Assembly: GCA_963555995.3 (NCBI GenBank)
Contig: OY821641.1
Span: forward strand, 1,728,001-1,792,000
Source: Vicinamibacteria bacterium
GTDB taxonomy: Bacteria; Acidobacteriota; Vicinamibacteria; Marinacidobacterales; Marinacidobacteraceae
Reading direction: 5' to 3'
DNA: 64,000 bases
How positions within the stretch are numbered: position 1 is the stretch's first letter; each line of letters begins with the position of its first letter. The position numbers were made by a program, and so were the translations under genes. Below the pieces are notes generated by a model, which had not been told where the DNA came from, did no database searches, and saw only the letters and a list, made by a program, of their open reading frames with translations. Positions 24,464 to 33,771 of this stretch are shown piece after piece.

Positions 24464-25221
24464 GCCATCTCCCTGAACCGGGGTCGAAGGCCCGCTCCGG
24501 CCCGGCTTCCCCCGCGGCGCCCCCGTGGAGCGTGGTGGAGGCGCCTCCCGCCGGACCGCACCGCGCCACGGTCATCTGGCTCCACGGGCTCGGCGCCGAC
24601 GGCCACGACTTCGAGCCCGTCATCCCGGCGCTGCGGCTTCCCGACGCCCTGGGGGTCCGGTTCGTGTTCCCCGAGGCGCCCTTCCGGCCGGTCACGATCA
24701 ACGGCGGGATGGAGATGCGCGCCTGGTTCGACATCGAGTCGGTGCAACGCGACACGGGCATCAACCGCGAGCACCTCGCGGAATCGGTCGCCGGCGTCCG
24801 CTCGCTGGTGGAGCTGGAGGCCGAGCGGGGAATCCCGCCCGAGCGCGTGGTGCTGGCCGGGTTCTCCCAGGGTGGAGCGGTCGTCCTCCAGGCGGCCACC
24901 GGTCCCGGCGCCGCGGGCGAGCCGCCCCTCCGGCCGGCCGGCGTGGTGGCGCTCTCCACCTACCTCCCGGTCACGGACCGGGTGGCGCCGCCGCCGGAGC
25001 CCCCTACCCCCATCTTCCAGGCGCACGGCACGTTCGATCCGCTGATCCCGGTCCACCTGGCCGGAGTGAGTCGCCGGGCGCTCGGGCAAGCGGGATGGAC
25101 CGTCGAGTACCACGAATACCCGATGGCGCACCAGGTCGCGGAGGCGGAGATCCGGGACATCGGGATCTTCCTGCGGCGCGTGCTGGAAGCCCCGCCGGCC
25201 GGGGGCGGTTCCTCCACATGA
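24460..25221 (+). CDS. Carboxylesterase/phospholipase (alpha/beta hydrolase)
   Basis: LHGLGADG, AWFDI, GFSQG nucleophile, HGTFD and MAH. Start uncertain (CTG 24460 after GGAGGA, or GTG 24532). Confidence 0.88.
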   Translation: MSHLPEPGSKARSGPASPAAPPWSVVEAPPAGPHRATVIWLHGLGADGHDFEPVIPALRLPDALGVRFVFPEAPFRPVTINGGMEMRAWFDIESVQRDTGINREHLAESVAGVRSLVELEAERGIPPERVVLAGFSQGGAVVLQAATGPGAAGEPPLRPAGVVALSTYLPVTDRVAPPPEPPTPIFQAHGTFDPLIPVHLAGVSRRALGQAGWTVEYHEYPMAHQVAEAEIRDIGIFLRRVLEAPPAGGGSST

Positions 25222-26219
25222 GCGGCGGACGGCTTCCGGTCACGCTGATCACCGGCGCCGCGGGCGAGATCGGGCAGGCGCTCCTCCAGCGGCTGGCCGA
25301 CGGGCCGGGCGATCCCGTCGTGACCGTGGACCTCCGTCCCCTGCCCGCCGCGACATCCGGGGGCCGCCCCCGGGAGCACTTCCGGGGAGACATCCTCGAT
25401 CCCGCGCTCTGGGAGGAACTCCTCCGCCGCTACCGCCCCGCCCTCATCTTTCACCTCGCCGCGATCCTCTCGACGCGGGCCGAAGCGGTCCCGGTGCTCG
25501 CCCACCGCGTGAATGCCGACGGCGCCGCCCGCCTCCTCGCCACCGCCGCGGACCTCGCCACCCCGGACGAGCCGGTCCGCTTCGTCTTTCCGAGTTCGAT
25601 CGCGGTGTACGGCCTCCCGACGCAGGAAGCCAAGGAGGCGGCGGCGCCCGTCGGCGAAGACGAGCGTCTCGACCCGGCGACGCTCTACGGGGCCCAGAAG
25701 CTGTACGTCGAGCGCCTCGGCGCGGCCATCGAGCGACGGGGCGGCGGCCTCGACTTCCGGGCGGTGCGGCTGCCCGGGCTCATCTCCTCGGACACGCTGC
25801 CGCAGGGCGGCACGAGCGACTGGGCCCCGGAACTCATCCATGCCGCCGCCCGCGACGAGCCCTACTCCTGCTTCGTGAACCCACAAGCCCGCCTCCCCTT
25901 CTGCGCCATGCCCAATGCGGTGGAGGGGATCCTGCGTCTCGCGTTCCGCCGGAAGGCGTCCCTGACCCGAAGCGCCTACAACCTGGGCGGCCCGAGCCTC
26001 TCCGCCGCGGAGATCATCGCGCGCGTGGCGCGGGACTTTCCGGATCTCGAGGTCCGGTTCCGGCTGGACCCGGCGCGCGACCGGATCGTGGCGAGCTGGC
26101 CCGGCGCCGTGGACGACGCCGCGGCCCGCCGGGACTTCGGCTTCGCCCCCGGGCACGACGAGGAGACGCTCTTTTCCCGATACCTGATCCCGGGCATCCG
26201 GCGCCGCTACCAGGGGTAA
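25218..26219 (+). CDS. NAD-dependent epimerase/dehydratase, L-threonine 3-dehydrogenase-like SDR
   Basis: TGAAGEIG, HLAAILS, PSSIAVYG, YGAQK and GGTSDW. Confidence 0.82.
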   Translation: MSGGRLPVTLITGAAGEIGQALLQRLADGPGDPVVTVDLRPLPAATSGGRPREHFRGDILDPALWEELLRRYRPALIFHLAAILSTRAEAVPVLAHRVNADGAARLLATAADLATPDEPVRFVFPSSIAVYGLPTQEAKEAAAPVGEDERLDPATLYGAQKLYVERLGAAIERRGGGLDFRAVRLPGLISSDTLPQGGTSDWAPELIHAAARDEPYSCFVNPQARLPFCAMPNAVEGILRLAFRRKASLTRSAYNLGGPSLSAAEIIARVARDFPDLEVRFRLDPARDRIVASWPGAVDDAAARRDFGFAPGHDEETLFSRYLIPGIRRRYQG

Positions 26220-26764
26220 CAGCCTGTGGTGAAACCCCCGTGAGCGCCGAGAGCGGCGAGGCGCCCGGCTGACAAGGCGCGTGAGGGAGGAATACCGGGT
26301 GTATTCCGACCGAAACGCAACGCAGAGCGCCTCGCAGAGGCGCGGTTCAGGCGGGATGCATCGCCGCTCGAACGCCGCGTGGGTTTTGCCACAGGCTGTT
26401 AACAGTCTGTGGTGAAACCCACGTGAGCGCCGAGACGGGCGAGGCGCCCGGCTGACAAGGCGCGTGAGGGAGGAATACCGGGTGTATTCCGACCGAAACG
26501 CAACGATGAGCGCCTCGTAGAGGCGCGGTTCAGCCGGGATGCATCGCCCGTCGAACGCCGCGTGGGTTTTGCCACAGGCTGTTAACAGTCTGTGGTGAAA
26601 CCCACGTGAGCGCCGAGACGGGCGAGGCGCCCGGCTGACAAGGCGCGTGAGGGAGGAATACCGGGTGTATTCCGACCGAAACGCAACGATGAGCGCCTCG
26701 TAGAGGCGCGGTTCAGCCGGGATGCATCGCCCGTCGAACGCCGCGTGGGTTTTGCCACAGGCTG
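26220..26764 (+). mobile_element. Tandem triple of the 179-bp MITE-like structured element (family A)
   Basis: Units 26220-26398, 26403-26581 and 26586-26764 separated by TTAA; terminal IRs CAG(C/T)CTGTGG...CCACAGGCTG; units 2 and 3 appear identical. Confidence 0.85.
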
Positions 26765-26777
26765 TTAAATTCCCGCG

Positions 26778-27548
26778 ATGGCAAACGCGCCTCGTTCTCC
26801 CTTCTGGCCCGGCGTCCTCTCGCCGTTCGTTTCGGCGTTCCTGGGCGCGGCCACGTATCTCATCCTCACCCGGCTGAGTTCGAACCCGGACGCGGACTAC
26901 CTGTTTCGCCTGGGGGCCGTGGCGTTCGTCATGCTGCTGCCCCCTGCGTTCGCGCTGTACCGCGCCTTTCGGGGCTACCGGGACGGCGGCCTCCAATGGA
27001 CCGGATGGATGGCCGCAGCGGTGGCCCTCCTCTCCCTCGGCCTCGTCGCCGTTCCCATCGGCGGCGCCGTGCGGCGAGCCCGCCAGGCGGCCAACCTGGC
27101 GCTTTCCGGGGTGGCCGCGCCCGACTTCGTCGCCCGGGACCTCGACGGCAGGGTCCACCGCCTCTCGGATCACCGTGGATCCGTGGTCCTCGTCAACATC
27201 TGGGCCACCTGGTGCCCGCCTTGCCGCGCCGAGATGCCCGAGCTGGACCGGCTGGCGCGGGAACGCGGCGAGGAAGGCTTCCGCGTCTACGGCATCTCCA
27301 CCGAGGAGGAGGCCATCCAGCAGGACTTCCGCAGGGACGTCCTGTCGGTGGACTACCCGCTGCTCCTGCCCGGCGCGCTCGAGAGCGGCGTCATGCCGGA
27401 CATCTTCGTGGAGACCGCCCGCTACCCAGCCAATTTCCTCATCGACCGCGACGGGCTCCTGCATCCGGCCCCGAGCACCGACCAGCCCTTCGCGGCGCTC
27501 GAAGCCGAAGTGGACCGGGTCCTGGCGTTGCCCGCAGGAACGCCCTGA
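26778..27548 (+). CDS. TlpA/ResA-family thiol-disulfide oxidoreductase with N-terminal TM helices
   Basis: APDF, NIWATWCPPCRAEMP and YPANFLIDRDG. Confidence 0.9.
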   Translation: MANAPRSPFWPGVLSPFVSAFLGAATYLILTRLSSNPDADYLFRLGAVAFVMLLPPAFALYRAFRGYRDGGLQWTGWMAAAVALLSLGLVAVPIGGAVRRARQAANLALSGVAAPDFVARDLDGRVHRLSDHRGSVVLVNIWATWCPPCRAEMPELDRLARERGEEGFRVYGISTEEEAIQQDFRRDVLSVDYPLLLPGALESGVMPDIFVETARYPANFLIDRDGLLHPAPSTDQPFAALEAEVDRVLALPAGTP

Positions 27549-27559
27549 ACGGGCCGGCT

Positions 27560-27717
27560 TGGAACGCCGGCTTCAGCCGGCACCCGCGGCGCGAAGCGCA
27601 GCGGACTGCACGACGCTGCCCCGCGCGATGGCGTTCGGCTCTCGGTCCATCACGGCGAACCGCGGCACAACATCCGCGGGCCTTCGGCCCGCTGTGCCGG
27701 CTGAAGCCGGCGTTCCA
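27560..27717. repeat. REP-like inverted doublet (family B), copy 4, reverse orientation
   Basis: TGGAACGCCGGCTTCAGCCGGCAC ... GTGCCGGCTGAAGCCGGCGTTCCA between convergent genes. Confidence 0.85.
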
Positions 27718-27726
27718 AGCCGTCGG

Positions 27727-29121
27727 TTAGCGGTCGGCGCCGAAGTTGCCGAGCGCCATGATGGACGGCACCGCAACTCCGTTCAGCGTGGCGGGGGTGT
27801 AGCGGCCGCGGACCAGCGACATCATCATCTGGTGGACGCGCCCCGAACTCTCGGGCGCGAAGTGCGCGGACTTGACCCGGCCCCGGTGGTCAATGAGGAC
27901 CATGATCCCGTCCCGCTCCGAGGAACGCCGCGAACCGCCCGAATCCCGCATGGGCACCGGCGTGCTCCGGAGCACCGGGGGCTCGTAGAGGATGCCGGGG
28001 TTGCTGGCGCGCTCCCGCACCGCCATCAGGAACGGGGCGAGATCGTGCATGAGGTAGTCGAAGTCCGTTTCGAACGCGATCTCGAACGCCGCTTCGGCGC
28101 CGACGCCGTCGGAGCGCAGGGCATGGAGATAACCGAGCTGCAGGTGGGCTTCCGCGTCCCGGGGCCGAATGTCGAGCAGCGCCCGGTACAGGCTCTCGGT
28201 GTCCTCGAGATCGCCGTTCAGCGAATGGGAACGGGCGAGCAACCGGAGCGCCCGGAGGTTTGTCGGGTCCTGGAGGAGTACCTCCCCGAGTTCCTCGATG
28301 GCGAGATCGAGGTTGCGGGACCCCAGGTGGGACTCGCCGATCAACAGGCGAACATCGTTGCGCTGCGCGTCCGAGACCGGCATGAAGGTCGACAGCCAGT
28401 TGATCGCCTGCTCGAACTTCCCGTCCTCGATGTAGCGGCGCGCCTGCCGGATCGGATCCTCCATCCCGACGATCATCTCCAACGGGGGTTCCGGGACGGT
28501 CGGGCGGAGCATGAAGTGCCGCTGCGGGACCACCGCCCGCTCGCTCAGGCTGGCCGCCAGCAGCGGATACGAAGTGGCCAGCCGCTCCATGGCGACGTCG
28601 AAGTCATCCAGCACGCGGAGTTTCTGGCCCTCGTAGACCATCCCCTGCCGCTCGGCGCCGGCCCGGATGGTACCGATGTAGACCGGACGGTCCGCGGGGA
28701 CGGAAATCAGGGTCTCTCCCCGTTCGTGATCGCGGGGGGACACGGTGAAACGTTGCCGGATGGGCCGGAACCGCCGGGTGTTCAGCGGGCGGATGTTCGG
28801 GAAATAGACGGCCTCGATCGCCTCCACGTCATAGACGCCGGGGGGCACCAGCTCGTTGATCAGGCCGAGCCCGTCGTCCACCGACAGGGTTTCGTTGCGG
28901 CCGGTATCACGATGCCGCAGGACGATCCGGCGCGAACGGAAGTCGGGGCTCTCGAATTTGCCCACGAACCGGCCGATCACCAGCGACTTGCCGTCGCGCT
29001 GCACTTCGGGCCAGACCGAGTTCCGGGAGGGCAGCTCCGCCTCGGCGGCGGGCAGGAATGGCCCGGTCCCGTTCAGCCCGAGGACCAGCAGGCCCGTGAA
29101 GAAACCGCGGAGCACCTTCAC
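27727..29121 (-). CDS. Exported TPR-repeat protein with a TonB-C-like C-terminus
   Basis: Signal peptide, TPR-like helices (DPTNLRALRLLA, PRDAEAHLQLGY) and C-terminal YTPATLNGVAVP; start uncertain. Confidence 0.65.
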   Translation of the reverse strand: MKVLRGFFTGLLVLGLNGTGPFLPAAEAELPSRNSVWPEVQRDGKSLVIGRFVGKFESPDFRSRRIVLRHRDTGRNETLSVDDGLGLINELVPPGVYDVEAIEAVYFPNIRPLNTRRFRPIRQRFTVSPRDHERGETLISVPADRPVYIGTIRAGAERQGMVYEGQKLRVLDDFDVAMERLATSYPLLAASLSERAVVPQRHFMLRPTVPEPPLEMIVGMEDPIRQARRYIEDGKFEQAINWLSTFMPVSDAQRNDVRLLIGESHLGSRNLDLAIEELGEVLLQDPTNLRALRLLARSHSLNGDLEDTESLYRALLDIRPRDAEAHLQLGYLHALRSDGVGAEAAFEIAFETDFDYLMHDLAPFLMAVRERASNPGILYEPPVLRSTPVPMRDSGGSRRSSERDGIMVLIDHRGRVKSAHFAPESSGRVHQMMMSLVRGRYTPATLNGVAVPSIMALGNFGADR

Positions 29122-29203
29122 GATGGTCTCACCCTTTCCTTTGCCGTTCAACCCGGCCCCCCGGCAGGCCCCTGCACACCGCTCGGCCGGCTGCGCCGCG
29201 CGG

Positions 29204-30496
29204 CTAGCGAGCCCCGCTCCGGCGGGTCAGGACCCGCGCCGCCGCCCGCGCCCGGTCCGCAACTTCGCTGTCTTCGTCCTCGCCGACCTCCTGGAGCCCG
29301 GGAATCGCGTCCGGGTCGCCGAGGCGTTCCAGCAGCGCGATGAGCTCGAGCCGGATCTCCCGGTCCGGGTCGCCCAGATAGCGCAGGAACTCGTCAAGGT
29401 GATCGGACGCGAGCTCCAATCCGTACTGCCGGGCGGTCTCGCGCAGGCGGCGGTCGGAGAGCGAAAGCACCACCCGGTCCACGAAGGGCGCCTGCCCGAG
29501 CCGCACCAGCGCGAAGCAGAACGCGAGCTGCACCCGGGAGTCCTCCTCGCGAAGGAAATCCCGGATCAGGCCGTCCACGAGCGTCGGGTCGTCCAGCCGG
29601 CCCAGTCCCTCGGCGGCGTACTCGCGGCGGCGCGCGTCGCGGCTCGAGAGTTCGTGGTAGAACGTCCCCCGGGCCTCGGCGGCCCCGATCCTGGCGAGCC
29701 CTTCGAGGGCGTCCCGCGCGAGATCGTTCCCCGGGTCGCGGTCGTAGATCGCCAGCAACGCCGGCGTCGCGGCGGGGAAGGCCATCCGCCCCAGCGCCCG
29801 GACGACGTGCCGCTGAAGGTCCGCGTCCTCCACCATCGCGAGCAGGCTCTCCCCGGCCGCTTCGGTCCCGATCGCGCCCAGGGACTCCACCGCGTTCCGC
29901 CGCACTTCGCCGTCCGTGTCGCCGGCGGCGCTGCGTGCGAGCGGGGCCGCCGCCGCGGTCGCGCGCAGCGCCCCGAGCGCCTCGGCGGCGAGCCTCCGAT
30001 TCTCGGTTTCCTCGTCATCGAGCCGGGCGGCGAGGGCATCCACGATCGCGGGTTCCACGGGCCGCAGCGGATCGAGCGCGAATTCCTGTTCCCGCCGCAG
30101 CAACCAGTCCACCGCGCGCTCCGTTCGGCCCGCGGGAGGTTCCCGGCGGTGGATGTCCACGAGTCCCCCGATGGCGCCGCGGCGATGCGCGGGAACTTCA
30201 TCCTCGAGCAGGACGATCAGGCCCGCCGCGGCATCGGGCCGGCGGACCGCCGCCAGCGCCTCCAGCACCGCACGCCGCACGTCGCGGTCGGCATCGCGCG
30301 CCGCGGGGAGAAGCGCCGCCACCGCCTCGGCCGAGCCGTCTTCTCCGAGCGCGCGCGCCGCGTCGCGGCGGGTCCGGACATCGCGGCTCTCCAGCCGGGC
30401 GGCCAACTCCTCGACATTCGACTGCGCCGGCGCGAGCGTCGCGGCGCCGGCGAGGAGAGCGAGAGCGACCCCGATTGCGGCGGGGCGCTCCCGCAT
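29204..30496 (-). CDS. Exported HEAT/PBS-lyase repeat protein
   Basis: Signal peptide and repeated D..VRR.A..ALG units. Confidence 0.85.
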   Translation of the reverse strand: MRERPAAIGVALALLAGAATLAPAQSNVEELAARLESRDVRTRRDAARALGEDGSAEAVAALLPAARDADRDVRRAVLEALAAVRRPDAAAGLIVLLEDEVPAHRRGAIGGLVDIHRREPPAGRTERAVDWLLRREQEFALDPLRPVEPAIVDALAARLDDEETENRRLAAEALGALRATAAAAPLARSAAGDTDGEVRRNAVESLGAIGTEAAGESLLAMVEDADLQRHVVRALGRMAFPAATPALLAIYDRDPGNDLARDALEGLARIGAAEARGTFYHELSSRDARRREYAAEGLGRLDDPTLVDGLIRDFLREEDSRVQLAFCFALVRLGQAPFVDRVVLSLSDRRLRETARQYGLELASDHLDEFLRYLGDPDREIRLELIALLERLGDPDAIPGLQEVGEDEDSEVADRARAAARVLTRRSGAR

Positions 30497-32172
30497 CAGC
30501 GGTCCTCCCCGCCGGTGGTCCCGGCCAGGTACGCCTCGGGATCGCGGAGCAGCAGCGCCGCCCGCGGCATCGCCTGGAGCGCCGCGGTGATCTGCGGGTC
30601 GCGGTCCATGGTCGTCTCCCGGGAGGCTCCCGGTCCCCAGAGGAGGCTGAAGACCTCGCCTTCGATGCGGAGCGCCACCGCGTCGCGATGCCGCTCCAGT
30701 CCCTCCCGGTCGTGCGGGATCCGCTCCTCCGACAGGAAATCGAAGAACTCCGCGAGCGTCGCATCGTCCACGCGGAAACTCTGATCCACCGCCCGGATCA
30801 GGTCACCGCGCGCCTGGAGCTCGTCCGGGCGGGTGCCCGCCCCGTCCACCGCCCCGCGGCCGTCCGCCGGGACGAACCGGGTGGCGAAGCGGAAGAAGGC
30901 CCCGTGCGCTTCGACATCCACCAGGACGCCGGGGAACTCCGGCGCGGCGATCTCGATGTCGGGCGCCACCCCTCCCCCGCCCCGGATCTCCCGCCCCAGC
31001 CCGGTCAGCACGACCGTCCCGGCCTCGTCGTTCGATTCGCGTTCTCCCCGATCCTGGAAGTACGCGAGGAAGTCTCCCGAGTCGTAGTCCCGCTGGAGCC
31101 GGCGGCCGCTCGGCGTGAAGTACTCCGCGGAAGTGAGGCCCAGCGCGTAACCGTGCTTCAACTGAAAGACCGACTGGACGAGTCCCTTGCCGTAGGTGTT
31201 CTCCCCGAGGATCAGCCCGCGGTCGTGATCCTGGATGGCGCCCGCGACGATCTCGGATGCGGAGGCGCTCTCCCGGGAGACGAGCACGATCACGGGGAGA
31301 TCGCTGTAGGGACTGGGCTCTTCGGCATGGAAGACCTGGTCGTTTTCGGAGTGGCGTCCGCGGATCGAAACGATTTCCTGGTGCTGCTTCAGGAACACGT
31401 TGGAAACGGCCACCGCCTGGTTCAGGAGTCCGCCCGGGTTGTGGCGAAGGTCCACCAGCAGGCGGTCCGCCCCGGCGAGGCGGAGTTCCCGGATGGCGTC
31501 GCGCAGCTCGCCGTCGGTGTTCTCGTTGAAGTCCGAGACCCGCACGTAGCCGGTCTTCTCGGACCCGGCGGGCTCGTCGAGCACGAAGTAGTAGGGAACG
31601 CTCTTGAGCGGGATCCGGTCCCGGATCACCGTGAAGTCCAGCGGGGCGTCGTAGCCGGGCCGGGTGATGGTGATGCTGACCGGCGTTCCTCTCGGACCCC
31701 GGAGCAGGTTCACCGCGTCGTCCATCGTGTACTGCGTCGCGTCCTCGCCCTCGATCCGGGAAATCACGTCACCCGCCCGAATCCCGAGCCGGTACGCCGG
31801 GGTCCCCTCGAACGGCGAGACCACGGTCAGGAGGCCGTTCTGGTGCTGCACCCGGATCCCGAGCCCGACGTAGCCTCCCTGCTGCCGCTCCCGCATCTGG
31901 CGGTAGTTGCGGGGAACGAAGAGGTTCGAATGGGGGTCGAGCCGGGCGAGCATCCCGGACACCGTCGCCCGCGTCAGGGTCTCCGGGTTGATTTCGCGGG
32001 GGTACGCCGTCTCGATGTGCCGGATGACGTTGGAGTGCCGCTGCAGCAACCGCCTCAGGTCGTCCGAGGGCGGGAGTCCGCGCGCCGGCTGGACGCCGAG
32101 GACCGTGACCGAGATCGCCGCCCCCACGAGGAGCGGCATCAACAGGGGGATGACCCGCGCCCGGAGCCTCAT
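30496..32172 (-). CDS. ctpA: C-terminal processing peptidase (S41A)
   Basis: LDPHS, PDZ domain (GLGI), DLRHNPGG, SASASE and TYGKG. Confidence 0.92.
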   Translation of the reverse strand: MRLRARVIPLLMPLLVGAAISVTVLGVQPARGLPPSDDLRRLLQRHSNVIRHIETAYPREINPETLTRATVSGMLARLDPHSNLFVPRNYRQMRERQQGGYVGLGIRVQHQNGLLTVVSPFEGTPAYRLGIRAGDVISRIEGEDATQYTMDDAVNLLRGPRGTPVSITITRPGYDAPLDFTVIRDRIPLKSVPYYFVLDEPAGSEKTGYVRVSDFNENTDGELRDAIRELRLAGADRLLVDLRHNPGGLLNQAVAVSNVFLKQHQEIVSIRGRHSENDQVFHAEEPSPYSDLPVIVLVSRESASASEIVAGAIQDHDRGLILGENTYGKGLVQSVFQLKHGYALGLTSAEYFTPSGRRLQRDYDSGDFLAYFQDRGERESNDEAGTVVLTGLGREIRGGGGVAPDIEIAAPEFPGVLVDVEAHGAFFRFATRFVPADGRGAVDGAGTRPDELQARGDLIRAVDQSFRVDDATLAEFFDFLSEERIPHDREGLERHRDAVALRIEGEVFSLLWGPGASRETTMDRDPQITAALQAMPRAALLLRDPEAYLAGTTGGEDR

Positions 32173-32185
32173 GGCGTGATCCTAG

Positions 32186-32245
32186 CAGCCTGTGGGGAAA
32201 CCCACGTGAGCGCCGAGACGGGCGAGGCGCCCCGGCTCAGCCGGG
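32186..32245 (+). mobile_element. Truncated family A element (left end)
   Basis: CTAG|CAGCCTGTGGGGAAACCCACGTGAGCGCCGAGACGGGCGAGGCG... with the centre collapsed to CCCGGCTCAGCCGGG. Confidence 0.75.
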
Positions 32246-32298
32246 CCGCTTCGCGGATCAGGCCGGGTGCGCCGTGGGAGCGATTGGCGTTGCGACCT

Positions 32299-32345
32299 GC
32301 GCGGCGCGGAGCGCCGCGCGTGCCGGTCTGGAGACCGGCGTTCCA
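32299..32345. repeat. Solo family B REP-like arm
   Basis: GCGCGGCGCGGAGCGCCGCGC hairpin followed by GTGCCGGTCTGGAGACCGGCGTTCCA. Confidence 0.75.
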
Positions 32346-32360
32346 GGCCGGATGCGCGGC

Positions 32361-33143
32361 CTAGTCGTCCTTCGGCTTCTTGCCGCGCATCCGGTTCCCC
32401 ACCCAGGCGATCCCGATGGAGAGGGTGTAGAGCAGGATCATGGGCCCGGCCAGCAGGATCTGGGTGGCCGGATCGGGTGGGGTCAGGAGGGCGGCGAAAA
32501 CGAAGCAGAGCAGGATCGCGTACTTGAAGTAGCGGACGAGGAAACCGGGAGTGATCATCCCGAGCCGCGACAGCAGCAGCGCCAGCGTGGGGATCTGGAA
32601 CATCACCGCGGTCACCAGCACCAACCGGGCGTAGAAGCTGAAGGTCTCCGAGACCCGGTAGCGGATCTCGATGTCCTCCCCGACGCCGCCGAAGGTGCTC
32701 AGGAACTCGGCGCCGATGGGGAAGAGCACGTAGTGGCAGAACGCCGCCCCCGAAATGAAGAAGACGGAGCCCACGATGACGAACGGGACGGCGAGGTGGC
32801 GCTCGTGGCGGTAGAGCCCGGGGGCGATGAACCCCCACGCCTGACCCAGCCAGACCGGCGTGGAGATGACGACCGCCACCAGGAAGCTCATCTTGATCCC
32901 GAGCACGAAGTTCTCCTGCGGCGCGGTGGCGATGAGACTCCCGCCGTACGGCTCGATCACGTTCCGGAGCGGCTGCATCAGGAAGTTGAAGACCTCGTCG
33001 TAGAAGAAGAAGCAACCCACGAACGCCACCATGACCGCGATCGCCGCCCGGATGAGACGGCTGCGCAACTCGTCCAGGTGTTCGAGGAAGGTCATCCGGT
33101 CGGCCGGCCCGTTCGGGCCGTCCGTCCGTTCAGCGTCGCTCAC
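32361..33143 (-). CDS. tatC: Twin-arginine translocase subunit TatC
   Basis: MTFLEHLDELRSRL, FIAPGLY, FQIP and LTPPD. Confidence 0.95.
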   Translation of the reverse strand: MSDAERTDGPNGPADRMTFLEHLDELRSRLIRAAIAVMVAFVGCFFFYDEVFNFLMQPLRNVIEPYGGSLIATAPQENFVLGIKMSFLVAVVISTPVWLGQAWGFIAPGLYRHERHLAVPFVIVGSVFFISGAAFCHYVLFPIGAEFLSTFGGVGEDIEIRYRVSETFSFYARLVLVTAVMFQIPTLALLLSRLGMITPGFLVRYFKYAILLCFVFAALLTPPDPATQILLAGPMILLYTLSIGIAWVGNRMRGKKPKDD

Positions 33144-33174
33144 GGATCGCCGTGGGGCAGCGGGAACCGCCCCG

Positions 33175-33654
33175 TCACTTGCCGGGATCCCCTCGGGATT
33201 CCGATTCCGCGGACCCGTCGTCGCCCGCCCCGCCGTTCCCGCCCGCGGGTTCCCCGGCGACCGCCGGCTCGGTTCCGGGAGCCGCGGTGGCGTCCGCCGC
33301 TTCGTCCGGGCCCGACGCCGCCGGAGGCGAGTCCGCCGCGGACTCCGTTGCCGGCGGGTCCTCCTTCGCGCGCGGCCCCGCGGCCGACGGACCGGACCCG
33401 CCCGCCGGATCGAGCCCCCGGCCCAGATCCGTCACGTCCTTCTTCAGCTCGGAAACCTCGCTCCGCGCCGCCCGGAACTCCTCCATCTGGACCTCGCGTT
33501 CCAGGGTGCTGCGGAGTTCGGTGCTGGTCCGCCGGAACTCGGCGAGGCTCTTGCCGAGCGTCTTGCCGATCTGGGGCAGCTTGCGGGGGCCGAACACGAT
33601 CAGGGCCACCACCAGGATGATCAGCATCTCCTGCATGCCGAGCGGACCGATCAT
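33175..33654 (-). CDS. tatB: Twin-arginine translocase TatA/TatB family subunit
   Basis: GMQEMLIILVVALIVFGPRKLP, amphipathic helix and long acidic tail, adjacent to tatC. Start and TatA-versus-TatB assignment uncertain. Confidence 0.75.
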   Translation of the reverse strand: MIGPLGMQEMLIILVVALIVFGPRKLPQIGKTLGKSLAEFRRTSTELRSTLEREVQMEEFRAARSEVSELKKDVTDLGRGLDPAGGSGPSAAGPRAKEDPPATESAADSPPAASGPDEAADATAAPGTEPAVAGEPAGGNGGAGDDGSAESESRGDPGK

Positions 33655-33771
33655 CAGCGGGAGCAGGGAGAGGGCGGGCAAGAGTCCGCACATTATGGTC
33701 TGCCCGGGCGGCGCCCGCGCCCCCGCCACCGCGCCTGCGGGCTCCTTTCCGAACGCCCGTTAGACTGAATC

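Noticed and set aside
26220-26764. CRISPR array
   Set aside because: Units are 179 bp with constant 4-bp junctions; there are no unique spacers and no cas genes.
24960-27464. 834-aa minus-strand ORF with a thrice-repeated 61-aa peptide
   Set aside because: By-product of the 183-bp period being divisible by 3; antisense to well-supported genes.
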